64,000 bases of DNA from Gemmatimonadota bacterium (GCA_025361465.1 JANYAG010000025.1:1820-65819); one strand, 5' to 3'; counted from the stretch's first letter, positions 18,096 to 28,565 are shown. The notes: a model not told the origin generated them from the letters alone. Numbers and translations are program-made.

Positions 18096-18647
18096 CTACG
18101 ATCGCAGTGCTGAGGCCTTCACCAGTGTGACCACCGGTACTCCTGTCGCCTCGATCGCCGCCCGGCCACCGGCTTCGCGATCAACTACTGCCAGCACGCC
18201 GAGCACGGTGCCGCCCTCGGCGCGCACCGCAGCGATCGCCTGGAGCGCCGAACCCCCCGAGGTGATCACGTCCTCGATCACCACCACGGCGTCACCGGCG
18301 GCGAAGTTCCCTTCAATGCGCCGACCCGTCCCGTGCTGCTTGGCTTCCTTGCGCACCGAAAAGGCGTCGATGGGGTCCATGTGTTGCGTGGCACTGGCCG
18401 CGGCAATCGCATATGCCACGGGGTCGGCGCCCATCGTGAGTCCCCCGACGCTGCGCGGAACCCAGCGCGCCGCACGAATCGCCTCGAGGCCGAGGCGGCC
18501 GATCAGCAACTGACCCTGGGCGGACATGGTGGTGCGACGGCAGTCGATGTACCAGTCGGATGTGGCGCCGGAGGCCAGCGTGAAGTCGCCGAATTCGACC
18601 GAGCGCTGGCGCAGCAGCCCGACGAGCGCGTCATGCCCCGAGAGCAC
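18096..18647 (-). CDS. pyrE: Orotate phosphoribosyltransferase
   Basis: 183 aa. FTLASGATSDWYIDCR and the VVVIEDVITSGGSAL PRPP-binding motif. Confidence 0.9.
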   Translation of the reverse strand: MLSGHDALVGLLRQRSVEFGDFTLASGATSDWYIDCRRTTMSAQGQLLIGRLGLEAIRAARWVPRSVGGLTMGADPVAYAIAAASATQHMDPIDAFSVRKEAKQHGTGRRIEGNFAAGDAVVVIEDVITSGGSALQAIAAVRAEGGTVLGVLAVVDREAGGRAAIEATGVPVVTLVKASALRS

Positions 18648-18649
18648 GG

Positions 18650-19543
18650 CTAGCTACGCTTGAAGATCGAGGAGAAGAAGCCCGGCTTCTCCGGCTCGGC
18701 AGCGGTTGCTGCCTCGGAGAACGCAATCGTGAAGTCCTGCACCGTCTTCCAGCGCTTGCCAAGGTCGCGTGCCAGCCCCTTCATCACCACCTCTTCCAGC
18801 CGGGGCGAGAACTTGGTGCCTCGGTCCGCCTGATTGAGCATGATCGGGTCCTGAGTCAGCAACTGCTGAAACAGCTCGCGGGGATTCTTCCCCGGGAAGG
18901 GAGTGACCTCCGTGAGCAACTGGTAGGCGATCACGGCCAGCGAGTAGACGTCAGCCTGTTCACCGACCAGTTCGCCGGACAGCGCCTCAGGGGCGACATA
19001 CTGGAGCGTGCCGACAAAGAACCCTGCCCGCGTCAACCGCTCTTCGGCCGGCAGTTCGGCATCGCGGGCGATGCCGAAATCGAGCAGTCGCGCCGTCTGG
19101 GTTGTGGGGTCGTACATGATGTTGGCGGGCTTCAGGTCGCGATGGATGATGCCCTTGCTGTGTGCTTCCTGAAGGGCGGCACCGATCTGCTGGACGATGT
19201 TTGCCGCGACCGGCGGGGTGAGTTTCCCGGCCTTGGCGATGAAGGTCTCCAGCGGTTCACCGTCGGCCCACTCCAGCGCCAGGTACTGCACCCCGTCAGC
19301 CTCACCGAACTCGAAGGTGCGCACGACATTAGGGTGGATCACCCGGGCGCCGAATTCGGCTTCCCGGAGAAACCGCTTGATGGCCACCGGGTCGGTGGCG
19401 AGGCGTGGCCGGAGCACCTTCAGCGCGACCTTTCCGCGTCCTGAGTGCTCAGCGAGATACACTTGGGCGGTGCCACCTTCGCCCACCGCCCGCCGAATGA
19501 TGTAGCCGGCGACGGTCTGTCCAATCAGGGAATCTTGTGCCAT
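18650..19543 (-). CDS. Hanks-type Ser/Thr protein kinase (catalytic domain only)
   Basis: GEGGTAQVY..ALKVL, HRDLKPAN, DFG, APE motifs. Start chosen at the ATG at 19543 (MAQDSLIG...); 19555 and 19585 are alternatives. Confidence 0.85.
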   Translation of the reverse strand: MAQDSLIGQTVAGYIIRRAVGEGGTAQVYLAEHSGRGKVALKVLRPRLATDPVAIKRFLREAEFGARVIHPNVVRTFEFGEADGVQYLALEWADGEPLETFIAKAGKLTPPVAANIVQQIGAALQEAHSKGIIHRDLKPANIMYDPTTQTARLLDFGIARDAELPAEERLTRAGFFVGTLQYVAPEALSGELVGEQADVYSLAVIAYQLLTEVTPFPGKNPRELFQQLLTQDPIMLNQADRGTKFSPRLEEVVMKGLARDLGKRWKTVQDFTIAFSEAATAAEPEKPGFFSSIFKRS

Positions 19544-19654
19544 GGGGTATGGCATAAGGTATCCCACGTGACGGTGGGGCGGCAAGCGCAGCCGACCGTC
19601 GGGACCGGGGTCGGCATATCGAAGGGGCCTTGTTCGTCATATAGTTTAGAAACG

Positions 19655-21025
19655 ATGCGTCCACTCCTTCATCTCTCCCGCCGCACCCTGATGGTGTCGT
19701 CCGGCGTCCTCCTGATCCTGGCGGGATGTGGCAGCTGGCAGCGGGTAGGCACCTCCACCACGGTCACACCAGAAACCCAGCTGCTTGGGCTGCTCGACGC
19801 CGATGCCACCTATGGTCGGCTGGGGCACCTCGTTGCCACGGGACAACTCAGCTATGTCGGCAGTGTCGCCTTCGTTCCGGGGGCGGGTGATTCGACCCGG
19901 GCCCTGATCGGGCTTTCGTTGGCCAACCGTGAATTCGCCTTCCAGCGCGACGGTCAGGGTTTTGGCGCCCGGTATCGCGTCGACTACCAGTTCGACCAGC
20001 CGGGGTCGCCACCCAAGGTGGTGGGCCACGACCAGCCCATCAGGGTGGCCACCTTCCAGGAGACGCTTCGCAGCGACGAGAGCATCCTGCTCCAGGAACA
20101 GGTCACCCTCGCTCCCGGCGACTATACCGTCACGGTGAAGGTCCGGGACCTGTCGAATGGCCAGCTCGGCACCGCGACCCGGAAGTTCACGGTCCCGGCC
20201 TTCCGCGCCGGGAGCTTCACCGCTCCGGTGCTTGCCTACCAAGTCAGGGCGCGCGGAGCCCGCACCGATTCCCTCTCAATCGTCATGAACCCTCGGGGGA
20301 CCGTGGCCTACGGCGGTGACACCCTGTTGGTCTATTTCGAGGGGGTTGGCTACAAGGCACCTGCGACGATCCCGTTGCAGGTCCGGGATGACCGCGACAG
20401 TCTCGTCTTCCAAACCCAGGTGCACTTCTCCGGAACGCGCGAGGTGGAGAGCCAGTACATCCGGCTTGCCCCGGACTCGGTTCCTCTTGGCCAGCTCGAG
20501 TTCATCCTCGGCGACACGACGACCGGCACCCGGAGAACTTCCGCCCTGGTCTCGTTCTCCTCGGCGTGGGTGGTGACCAACTTCGACGACCTGATTTCCC
20601 TGCTGCGGTATTTCGGGGCGGACAACAAGTTGTCGCGGATCCAGAAGGCGAAGTCCACCGATCGGGGCGAGCTGTGGAAGCAGTTCTATCATGACACCGA
20701 CCCGATCCCGACCACGCCGAACAACGAGGCCCTCGAGCTGTATTTCGCCCGCGTGGCGATCGCCAACCAGCGCTACCGGACCGAAGGCGGACCCGGCTGG
20801 CGCACCGATCGCGGCGAGGTCTACATCGTCCTCGGTGATCCAGACGAAATCTACGACGCGTCACCGACGCTCCAGTACGCCGGACGGTACTATCAGTGGA
20901 ACTACACCGAATACCGGATTGTGCTCCTGTTCCAGGATCAGACCGGCTTTGGGAGATTCCGCCTGACCCCCGCCTCCCGCTCCGATTTCGAGCGAGTCAA
21001 GGCGCGTGTCCAGCCCGCGCGGTGA
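19655..21025 (+). CDS. GWxTD-domain lipoprotein
   Basis: ATG at 19655. Lipobox LILAGC. C-terminal ..GGPGWRTDRGEVYIVLGDPDEIYD.. is the GWxTD motif. Confidence 0.8.
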   Translation: MRPLLHLSRRTLMVSSGVLLILAGCGSWQRVGTSTTVTPETQLLGLLDADATYGRLGHLVATGQLSYVGSVAFVPGAGDSTRALIGLSLANREFAFQRDGQGFGARYRVDYQFDQPGSPPKVVGHDQPIRVATFQETLRSDESILLQEQVTLAPGDYTVTVKVRDLSNGQLGTATRKFTVPAFRAGSFTAPVLAYQVRARGARTDSLSIVMNPRGTVAYGGDTLLVYFEGVGYKAPATIPLQVRDDRDSLVFQTQVHFSGTREVESQYIRLAPDSVPLGQLEFILGDTTTGTRRTSALVSFSSAWVVTNFDDLISLLRYFGADNKLSRIQKAKSTDRGELWKQFYHDTDPIPTTPNNEALELYFARVAIANQRYRTEGGPGWRTDRGEVYIVLGDPDEIYDASPTLQYAGRYYQWNYTEYRIVLLFQDQTGFGRFRLTPASRSDFERVKARVQPAR

Positions 21026-21035
21026 CTGTCACCTG

Positions 21036-23879
21036 ATGCCAGAACACGATCCACCACAACTCTTCCTCGTTGACGGATACGCCCTGATCTACCGGGCGTT
21101 CTTCGCGCTCATCGCCCGGCCCCTGCGCACTGCCAAGGGCGAAAACACCTCGGCGGCGTGGGGTGTGGCGAATTTTCTCCTTCGTCTCTGCGAGAAGTAC
21201 CGCCCGGAATACCTGCTCTGGGTCAATGATGCCGGCGACTCCTTCCGCACCGAGACCTACGCCGAGTACAAGTCCACACGGGAAAAGCTCGACGCCGAAC
21301 TGCAGGCGGATTTCGACACCGCGGTCGAGCGGGTGCGCTCGCTGCTCGCCGCCTTCCGGATTCCACTGGTCGAAGTCGATGGCTACGAGGCCGATGATGT
21401 CATCGGGACGCTGGCGGCCCGCGCGGCGAATCACGGACTGGAAGCGGTAATCGTCTCGGGCGACAAGGATTTCTATCAGCTCATCCGTCCCGGGATCACC
21501 CTGCTCAACCCCGGCCGCGGCGGGCCGGCGGGGGTCGACGAGGCGTGGGTGACGGAGGCGAACGCTTCCGACCGGCTGGGGGTCCCGCCATCCCAGGTCA
21601 TCGACTACCTCGCCCTGGTCGGCGATTCGTCCGACAACGTGCCTGGCGTCAAGGGCATCGGCGAGAAGGGTGCCGTGCTCCTGTTGCAGGAGTTCGGTGG
21701 CCTCGAATCCATCCTGGCGCACGTTCCCGACATCAAGCAGAAGCGGGCCCGCGAGGCGTTGGAAGCCCAGGCCGACAAGGCACGCCTCTCGAGACAACTG
21801 GTGACCATCAAGCTCGACGTGCCGGTCGAACTCGATCTCGCCGCCGCCGTAATGGAGCCCCCGGACCGTCAGGCCCTGGCCCGGCTCTGTGCGGAGCTCG
21901 AGTTCAACTCGCTGATGGCGAGGATCGACCGGCTCCCGGGTTTCGCGCCCGGCGAAGCCGCCCGCCCGACGGTCGATCCAGCAGCGCTACCCGGTCCACC
22001 ACCACCGGCGATCCCCACGCTCGACGTGCTGGTGGTCGCCGATCCGTCGGAGCTTGCGGCCCTGGCCGCCCGGTTGCGACAGGCGCCACTGGTCGCGCTC
22101 GACACGGAGACCTCGTCACTCGAACCCCACGACGCCGACCTGATCGGTCTCTCGCTCGCAGCGAGCCCCAGCGAGGTCTGGTACCTGCCGTACGGGCACC
22201 GCACACCGATGCAGGGTCTCTTCCCAGAGGAGCATCACGAGCACGGCGTGGCGCCGAAGGTGAAGAACCTCCCGCCGATCACCGACCCGCGCTGCGCGCC
22301 GATCGCCGATCTCCTTCGCGACGCCTCGGTGCCCAAGGCAGGGCACAACCTCAAGTACGACGTGCAGGTGCTCCGCCGCGCCGGCATCGAAGTGGCGGGC
22401 ATCGCGTGCGACACGATGCTGTCGGCCTTTGTGCTCGACCCCTCGCGCCGCTCCTTCGGCATCGACGCGCTGGCGCTCGAATTTCTCGGGACGTCGATGA
22501 CCCAGTACTCCGACCTCACCGGCAAGGGGAAGCAGCAGATCCCCTTCGCCGAAGTGCTGGTGGAGAAGGCCGCGATGTACTGCGGCGCCGACAGCGCGAC
22601 GGTCCTCGCCCTCAACGAGATCTTCTCGCCCGACGTTGACCACCACGCACTGCGCTCACTGCTCGAGCAGATCGAACTGCCGCTTCTTCCCGTCCTGGTC
22701 GACATGGAATGGGCCGGGATTGCCATCGACGGCGAGCAGTTCGCGAGACTCGGCCGCGAGCTCGGGCACGACCTCCAGGTGCTGGAACAGGACATCCAGC
22801 GCCTCGCGGGCGACAAGCCGCTCAACATCAACTCACCGAAGCAGCTCGCCCAGATCCTCTTCGTCGACCAGGGCCTTCCGGTCATCAAGAAGACCAAGAC
22901 GGGGCCGTCGACCGATGCGGACGTCCTCGAACAGCTCGCCGACATGGGGCACGAATTGCCGCGCCGGATTCTCGGCTACCGCGAGCTGCAGAAGCTCAAG
23001 AGCACCTACGTCGACGTGCTGCCCATGAAGGTCAACCGCGAGACAGGGCGGATCCACACCTCGTTCAACCAGGTCGGCGCCCAGACCGGGCGACTTTCCT
23101 CCACCGACCCGAACCTCCAGAACATCCCGATCCGCTCGCCGCGCGGCGAGGCGATTCGGCGCGGCTTCATTCCCCGTCGTGGCTGGAAGTTCGTGGTCGC
23201 GGACTACTCCCAGATCGAACTGCGCCTCATGGCGCACCTCTCGGGAGACCCGGCGTTCAGTGAAGCGTTCCGGCGCGGCGAGGATATCCACCGGCAAACC
23301 GCGGCGATCATCTTCGGCGTGCCGCTGCCCGAGGTGACCAGCGAGATGCGCTCCCGGGCCAAGACCATCAATTTCGGCACCATCTATGGACAGGGCCCGT
23401 TCGCGCTCTCGAAACAGCTCGGCATCTCGCAGGACGAGGCCAAGCGCTTCATCGCAGACTACTTCACCCGGTTTGCGGGGGTCCGCGCCTTCCTCGATGC
23501 CCAGGTCGCGATCGCGCGCGAGAAAGGGTACGTCGAAACCCTGTTCGGTCGGCGTCGCTATATCGCCGAGATCAACGACCGCAACTTCAACATCCGCTCG
23601 TTTGGTGAGCGCACGGCGCAGAACACCCCGCTGCAGGGATCGGCGGCCGACCTGATCAAGCTCGCGATGATCACGATCCACCGCGCCCTTCCCGCGGCGG
23701 GACTGCAATCGCACCTGCTGCTGCAGGTGCACGACGAACTCGTCGTCGAGGCGCCCGAAGCGGAAGCCGCGGCAACGGCCGAACTGGTCAAGCAGCACAT
23801 GGAAGGCGCGGCTGTATTGAATGTGCCGCTGGTGGTGACGGTGGGAATCGGCGACAACTGGAAGGATGCGAAGAGCTGA
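21036..23879 (+). CDS. polA: DNA polymerase I
   Basis: 5-prime nuclease N-terminus (LFLVDGYALIYRAFFA), 3-5 exo domain, polymerase motifs (DYSQIELR, QVHDELV). Confidence 0.95.
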   Translation: MPEHDPPQLFLVDGYALIYRAFFALIARPLRTAKGENTSAAWGVANFLLRLCEKYRPEYLLWVNDAGDSFRTETYAEYKSTREKLDAELQADFDTAVERVRSLLAAFRIPLVEVDGYEADDVIGTLAARAANHGLEAVIVSGDKDFYQLIRPGITLLNPGRGGPAGVDEAWVTEANASDRLGVPPSQVIDYLALVGDSSDNVPGVKGIGEKGAVLLLQEFGGLESILAHVPDIKQKRAREALEAQADKARLSRQLVTIKLDVPVELDLAAAVMEPPDRQALARLCAELEFNSLMARIDRLPGFAPGEAARPTVDPAALPGPPPPAIPTLDVLVVADPSELAALAARLRQAPLVALDTETSSLEPHDADLIGLSLAASPSEVWYLPYGHRTPMQGLFPEEHHEHGVAPKVKNLPPITDPRCAPIADLLRDASVPKAGHNLKYDVQVLRRAGIEVAGIACDTMLSAFVLDPSRRSFGIDALALEFLGTSMTQYSDLTGKGKQQIPFAEVLVEKAAMYCGADSATVLALNEIFSPDVDHHALRSLLEQIELPLLPVLVDMEWAGIAIDGEQFARLGRELGHDLQVLEQDIQRLAGDKPLNINSPKQLAQILFVDQGLPVIKKTKTGPSTDADVLEQLADMGHELPRRILGYRELQKLKSTYVDVLPMKVNRETGRIHTSFNQVGAQTGRLSSTDPNLQNIPIRSPRGEAIRRGFIPRRGWKFVVADYSQIELRLMAHLSGDPAFSEAFRRGEDIHRQTAAIIFGVPLPEVTSEMRSRAKTINFGTIYGQGPFALSKQLGISQDEAKRFIADYFTRFAGVRAFLDAQVAIAREKGYVETLFGRRRYIAEINDRNFNIRSFGERTAQNTPLQGSAADLIKLAMITIHRALPAAGLQSHLLLQVHDELVVEAPEAEAAATAELVKQHMEGAAVLNVPLVVTVGIGDNWKDAKS

Positions 23880-26168
23880 TTATTCGACTCGCTCCTCGCT
23901 TCTCGCTGCTCCCTTCTCCATTCTCCCTTCCCTCACCCCCGGCCACCAGTTCCACTTGCCCGCGATCTGCATCAGGCTGGGGACCAGCACCATCCGGATC
24001 ACCGTGGCGTCGAGCAGTACGGCGACCGCCAGCCCGAATCCCACGAACTGCATGATCAGGGTGCGCGCAAAGGCGAACATGCCGAACACTGCAATCATGA
24101 TCAGCGCCGCGGAGGTGATCACGGACGCCGTGGCCGACAATCCTTCCCGCGTGGCGAGCGTGTTCTGGCCGGTGCGGTCATAGGCCTCCTTGATCCGCGA
24201 CAGCAGGAACACCTCGTAATCCATCGACAACCCGAACACCACCGCGAACACCACCACCGGCACGATCACGTAGATCGCCGAGGTCGGGCCGTCCAGACCG
24301 AAGAGAGCGCCGCCGATGCCGTGCTGGAACACCAGGACAATCAACCCGAACGTCGCGGCCACCGAGAGGGAGTTCATCACCACGGCCTTGATCGGCACTA
24401 GCACCGACTTGAAGACCAGCGCGAGCATCAGGGCGGTCACCCCCAGGATCATTGCCACGAGCAGCGGGAATCGCGCCAGCAGCAACTCCTGGAAGTCATA
24501 CGAGGTTGCCACGTAGCCACCGACCCGGACCGTCGCCCCGCGGAGCTGGCGAACGCTGCCGGAGCCGACGATCGTGCGGATGTCGCGCACCACCTTCATC
24601 GCGGTCGTCAGCGAGGTGGTGTCCGCGAGGATCACGTCGATCAGCGTGGTGCGGCCATCGCGCGCGAGATAGGCATCGAGGAAGTCGGGGTACTTGATCC
24701 GCACCGAGTCGGGTTCGCTGTAGAGCAGCGAGTACTCGAGGATCCCTGTACCCGGTGTCAGGTCAACCAGCGACTTGACGTCGCCGACACGCGGATCGGC
24801 CCGGAGAGTGTCGGAGAGATGCTTGAGCGCGCGGAGCCCGATGGCGCTGGTGGCCTCGACGCCCTCGGGAAACTCGATCACCAGGCGGACCGGCATGATG
24901 TAGCCAGACACTCCCATCCGCTCGAGCGTTGCCACCCCTGCCCCGGCCTCGGTTTCCGTTGGCCACCAGTTGCGGCTCGGCAGTCCGATGTGCAGGAAGA
25001 ACACCGGCACCGTCAGGACACCGATCGTGGCGCTGGCGATGCCAAGGGCGCGGTACGGATGACGTGAAAGGGTCCGGGCCCACTTCTCCCAGATCTTCGG
25101 CCGGTGATACCACGCCAGCCGTTGCGCCAGCCAGCGCGGCCGATCGATGGAGCGGCCGAGCAGCGAGAGGAGGGCCGGCAGCAATGTGGTCGACAGCAGA
25201 ACCGCGACCGCGACCACGGCGAGTCCTGCCAGTCCCACACTGCGCGTCTCGGAGAGCGGCGTGAAGACGAGGGCGGCAAATCCCACCACCACCGTCATGC
25301 CAGAGGTCATCACCGCCTGCCCCGCCGTCGCGAACGTCCGCACCGCGGCTTCGGATGGGCGCAGTCCCTGGCTGAGTTCCTCGCGGAAGCGGGTCACCAC
25401 CAGGAGGGAGTAATCGATGCCAACGCCCAGGCCGATCATCGACACGATGTTCAGGGAGAAGACCGACATCGAGGTGTAGAGTGCCATGACGCCCACCAGC
25501 GCCAGGGCGATCGTGATCGCCATGACGCCCACCACGATCGGGAGCAACGCCGCCACCAGCGCTCCGAAGGCGAGCACCAGCACGACGAGGGTGATCGGGA
25601 CCAGCTTTCGCTCGTTGCGGTGGGCATCCTCCGCGCTCACCCCGCGGATGTCGAGGTCCAACGGTGCCCGACCGGTCACCAGCACACTGTAGGCTTCCCG
25701 GTCAGGGAAACGGCGCAGGACCCCGGCAAAAGCCTGCCGCATCGGGACCACCACGGTCCCGACGGAGTCGTGCTGCACATTCAGTGCGACAAGGAAGAAG
25801 GTGGTGCGGCCGTCGCGCGCGAGGAAGGTAGAATCATGGGTGCTGCGATACGACACGACACTTCGGACCCAGGGCTTGGCTTTCGCGACCGCGATCAGGG
25901 AATCGAGCAGTTTGCCCGGAACCCCCTCGGTCACCCGTTCGGGCGCCTGCAACGTGACGGCAAAGAACTCCGAGACCGGTCCCTGGAATCGGTTCGTCAG
26001 CAGCGAGTCTGCGAGGCGGGCCTCGGTCATCACGTCGGCGGCACCGCGTATCTCAAGCCGTCCGACCGTCTTCTCGGCATAACTTGCCGCAAAGAGGCCG
26101 ATCACGGCCCATGCCGCGATGATGACCCATCGCCATCGGACGAGTGTCCGCCCCAGGGAATCCAGCAC
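23880..26168 (-). CDS. MMPL/RND-superfamily membrane transporter
   Basis: Two 6-TM bundles with large loops, MMPL-like repeats. GTG start at 26168 (VLDSLGRTLVRWRW...). The last ~18 codons are encoded by a heptad repeat. Confidence 0.85.
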   Translation of the reverse strand: MLDSLGRTLVRWRWVIIAAWAVIGLFAASYAEKTVGRLEIRGAADVMTEARLADSLLTNRFQGPVSEFFAVTLQAPERVTEGVPGKLLDSLIAVAKAKPWVRSVVSYRSTHDSTFLARDGRTTFFLVALNVQHDSVGTVVVPMRQAFAGVLRRFPDREAYSVLVTGRAPLDLDIRGVSAEDAHRNERKLVPITLVVLVLAFGALVAALLPIVVGVMAITIALALVGVMALYTSMSVFSLNIVSMIGLGVGIDYSLLVVTRFREELSQGLRPSEAAVRTFATAGQAVMTSGMTVVVGFAALVFTPLSETRSVGLAGLAVVAVAVLLSTTLLPALLSLLGRSIDRPRWLAQRLAWYHRPKIWEKWARTLSRHPYRALGIASATIGVLTVPVFFLHIGLPSRNWWPTETEAGAGVATLERMGVSGYIMPVRLVIEFPEGVEATSAIGLRALKHLSDTLRADPRVGDVKSLVDLTPGTGILEYSLLYSEPDSVRIKYPDFLDAYLARDGRTTLIDVILADTTSLTTAMKVVRDIRTIVGSGSVRQLRGATVRVGGYVATSYDFQELLLARFPLLVAMILGVTALMLALVFKSVLVPIKAVVMNSLSVAATFGLIVLVFQHGIGGALFGLDGPTSAIYVIVPVVVFAVVFGLSMDYEVFLLSRIKEAYDRTGQNTLATREGLSATASVITSAALIMIAVFGMFAFARTLIMQFVGFGLAVAVLLDATVIRMVLVPSLMQIAGKWNWWPGVREGRMEKGAARSEERVE
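23886..23934 (-). repeat. Heptad array of the GCGAGAA family (copy 2, seven units)
   Basis: The + strand reads GACTCGC TCCTCGC TTCTCGC TGCTCCC TTCTCCA TTCTCCC TTCCCTC. The minus strand reads GAGGGAA GGGAGAA TGGAGAA GGGAGCA GCGAGAA GCGAGGA GCGAGTC. Confidence 0.8.
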
Positions 26169-26248
26169 GGCACAATGGTAGGGAGCGACCCCCTCGGGCG
26201 CTAGCGCAGGGCCACAGTTCCTGCCATGTTGGACCGATAGTGGAACAC

Positions 26249-27058
26249 ATGCACAGCCGCCTGCTCTTCCTCCTCGTCGCATTCCTGGCGACCATCATCG
26301 CACTCGACGCCGTCCGCCGGCACCAGGGTGCGCTGGCGCCTCGGCCAGCCCCGACCGTCTTCGACTCCAAGACTGCCTCTCCTGCCCCTCCCCCAACACT
26401 CGAAACCAGACTGGGACCCTCACCCGCGATCAATCAGGTGACGGCGGGCACCCCGACACTGGACCTGATGGCACGCCTGGCCGTTCGCCGGCGGCTCGAA
26501 CGCGAGGGCGCCCTGGTGTACCTCGATTCCCTGTTTGCCAAGACGGATTCGGTCGTCGTGCGCTGGCCCGATCCGGGCGATTCCCCGCTCACGATTGCCT
26601 TTGTCCCGGACACGACCATCCCGGGCTGGAGCGACGCGGTGTTCGATGATCTCCGCGCCGGGATCGCGGCCTGGGGCGGCAACAGCGCTGGCCTGCGTTT
26701 CCGCGAGGTGGCCGCCTCGGATTCGGCGGACATCAAGGTCCGCTGGACCCTGGCGTTCCCCGACAGTACCCGGCTGGGCCTGACCGTGCTCAACTGGAGC
26801 CCAGACGGCACGGTGCATGGTGCCGACATCACCCTGGCGTATCTGGAAGGCGGCGCGAAACGAGTCCCGCTCTCCGTCTCGGATCGGCGCAGGGTGGCTG
26901 CCCATGAGCTGGGACACGCCATCGGTCTGCCGCACTCGGCCGAACGAGACGATCTCATGTTCCCCAACGCGACCACGTCAGCGCCCTCTCGACGCGACCA
27001 GGCAACCCTGCAGCTCCTCTACGCTGTTCCCCCGGGATCGATTCGGGTGTCCCAATAA
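26249..27058 (+). CDS. Matrixin-like zinc metalloprotease (M10)
   Basis: ATG at 26249 with an N-terminal TM/signal. HELGHAIGLPHS zinc-binding motif. Confidence 0.75.
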   Translation: MHSRLLFLLVAFLATIIALDAVRRHQGALAPRPAPTVFDSKTASPAPPPTLETRLGPSPAINQVTAGTPTLDLMARLAVRRRLEREGALVYLDSLFAKTDSVVVRWPDPGDSPLTIAFVPDTTIPGWSDAVFDDLRAGIAAWGGNSAGLRFREVAASDSADIKVRWTLAFPDSTRLGLTVLNWSPDGTVHGADITLAYLEGGAKRVPLSVSDRRRVAAHELGHAIGLPHSAERDDLMFPNATTSAPSRRDQATLQLLYAVPPGSIRVSQ

Positions 27059-27115
27059 GACGCGCCGCTCGCCCGCTTCAGGTTGTGGACTTGAACTTGC
27101 GACCGTGTTGGTAGC

Positions 27116-28258
27116 ATGACGCCCCGCCCTGTCATCCTGGCACTCACCGCCGCGTTCCTTTCACAGTGCCTCCCCGCGCAGTCCTTCGCAGCCATCGATG
27201 CGGCGGTGCAGCAAGGGATCGCCAGTGGGATCTTTCCGGGCGCGGTGGTGGTCGTCGGGCGCGCCGACACGATTCTCTACGCCAGGGGATACGGCCGCTT
27301 CACCTGGAATCGCCGCTCGAATGTCCCAGACCCGATGACATCCCTGTGGGATCTTGCGTCGATCACCAAGGTGGTCGGTACCACGACGTCCGCCGCGGTC
27401 CTGGTCGACGAAGGGCGACTCGACCTTGACGCCCTGGTCTCGTCGTACGTCCCCGAGTTCAATGGGGCCGGCAAGGATCATGTGACGGTGCGGATGTTGT
27501 TCGACCACACCAGCGGGCTACCGCCGTATGCCCCGCTCTGGCGTGAGGCGTCCAGTGCGCCCGAAGCCTTGCGCCGACTCTTCTCCGTCCCGCTGGAGCG
27601 GCCACCCGGGCTGAGTCCGCATTACAGCGACCTGAACGCGATGCTCGCCGGCCTCGTGGTCGAAAAGGCCGCCGGGGAACGCCTCGACGCGTTCGCGGAT
27701 TCCGCCGTGTTCAGGCCGCTTGGCATGCGCGCGACTACCTATCAACCGTCAGCCCGTGATCGGACCCGTGTGGTGCCGACCTCGACCTTCCGGGGCCAGC
27801 CGGTCGCAGGCGTCGTCAATGACCAGAATGCTCGCGTACTTGGTGGTGTCGCCGGCCACGCCGGGCTCTTCTCCACCGGCATCGACTTGGCACGCTTTGC
27901 TCAAGGATGGTTGCGCGACTCCACGAGCGCTTCCGCGCCCTGGCTTGCCCCCGCGACATTGTCGCGCTTCTTCGAGCGCACCGCCACGAGCGGATCTCGC
28001 GCCCTGGGGTGGGATACTCCAGAGAATACGGACACGAGCATCTCGATGTTCGGTCGCTGCGCGACGGCCACCACCATCGGGCACACCGGATGGACTGGCA
28101 CGGCACTCTGGCTCGACCGGTCGCAAGACCTGTTCGTGGTGTTTCTCACCAATCGCAGCTACGCGCCGCGGAAGCCGAAGCTGTCATTCGCACAATTGAA
28201 GTTGGTGCGCGCCAAGGTCTCCGATGCGGCGCGGTCGGCGGTGGGTACCTGTCAGTGA
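27116..28258 (+). CDS. Serine hydrolase, beta-lactamase/transpeptidase-like family
   Basis: 380 aa. Signal peptide, SITKVVGTT (SxxK) active-site motif. Confidence 0.8.
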   Translation: MTPRPVILALTAAFLSQCLPAQSFAAIDAAVQQGIASGIFPGAVVVVGRADTILYARGYGRFTWNRRSNVPDPMTSLWDLASITKVVGTTTSAAVLVDEGRLDLDALVSSYVPEFNGAGKDHVTVRMLFDHTSGLPPYAPLWREASSAPEALRRLFSVPLERPPGLSPHYSDLNAMLAGLVVEKAAGERLDAFADSAVFRPLGMRATTYQPSARDRTRVVPTSTFRGQPVAGVVNDQNARVLGGVAGHAGLFSTGIDLARFAQGWLRDSTSASAPWLAPATLSRFFERTATSGSRALGWDTPENTDTSISMFGRCATATTIGHTGWTGTALWLDRSQDLFVVFLTNRSYAPRKPKLSFAQLKLVRAKVSDAARSAVGTCQ

Positions 28259-28259
28259 A

Positions 28260-28565
28260 TTAGTGTCCGAGGAAGGCCCGTACTCGCGGATCCATCTTGT
28301 CCGGGGTCCAGTAGGGTTCCCATACCAGCTCGAGATCGACCGAAGTCACCCCCTCCAAGTCGGCAAGGGTCTGGCGGACGTCTGCCATGATCTCTCCACC
28401 GACGGGACATCCCGGCGACGTCAGCGTCATGGTGACATGCACGACGCCTGCCTCATCGATCGCGAGGTCGTAGATCAACCCGATATCGATGATGTTCAAC
28501 CCCAACTCGGGGTCCTTCACTGCCCTGAGCGCCTTGCGCGCCAGTTCTGCAGAAATCACAACCAC
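28260..28565 (-). CDS. DUF59/MIP18-family Fe-S cluster assembly protein (SufT-like)
   Basis: 101 aa. AVKDPELGLNIIDIGLIYD..V.VTMTLTSPGCP motif. Confidence 0.8.
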   Translation of the reverse strand: MVVISAELARKALRAVKDPELGLNIIDIGLIYDLAIDEAGVVHVTMTLTSPGCPVGGEIMADVRQTLADLEGVTSVDLELVWEPYWTPDKMDPRVRAFLGH

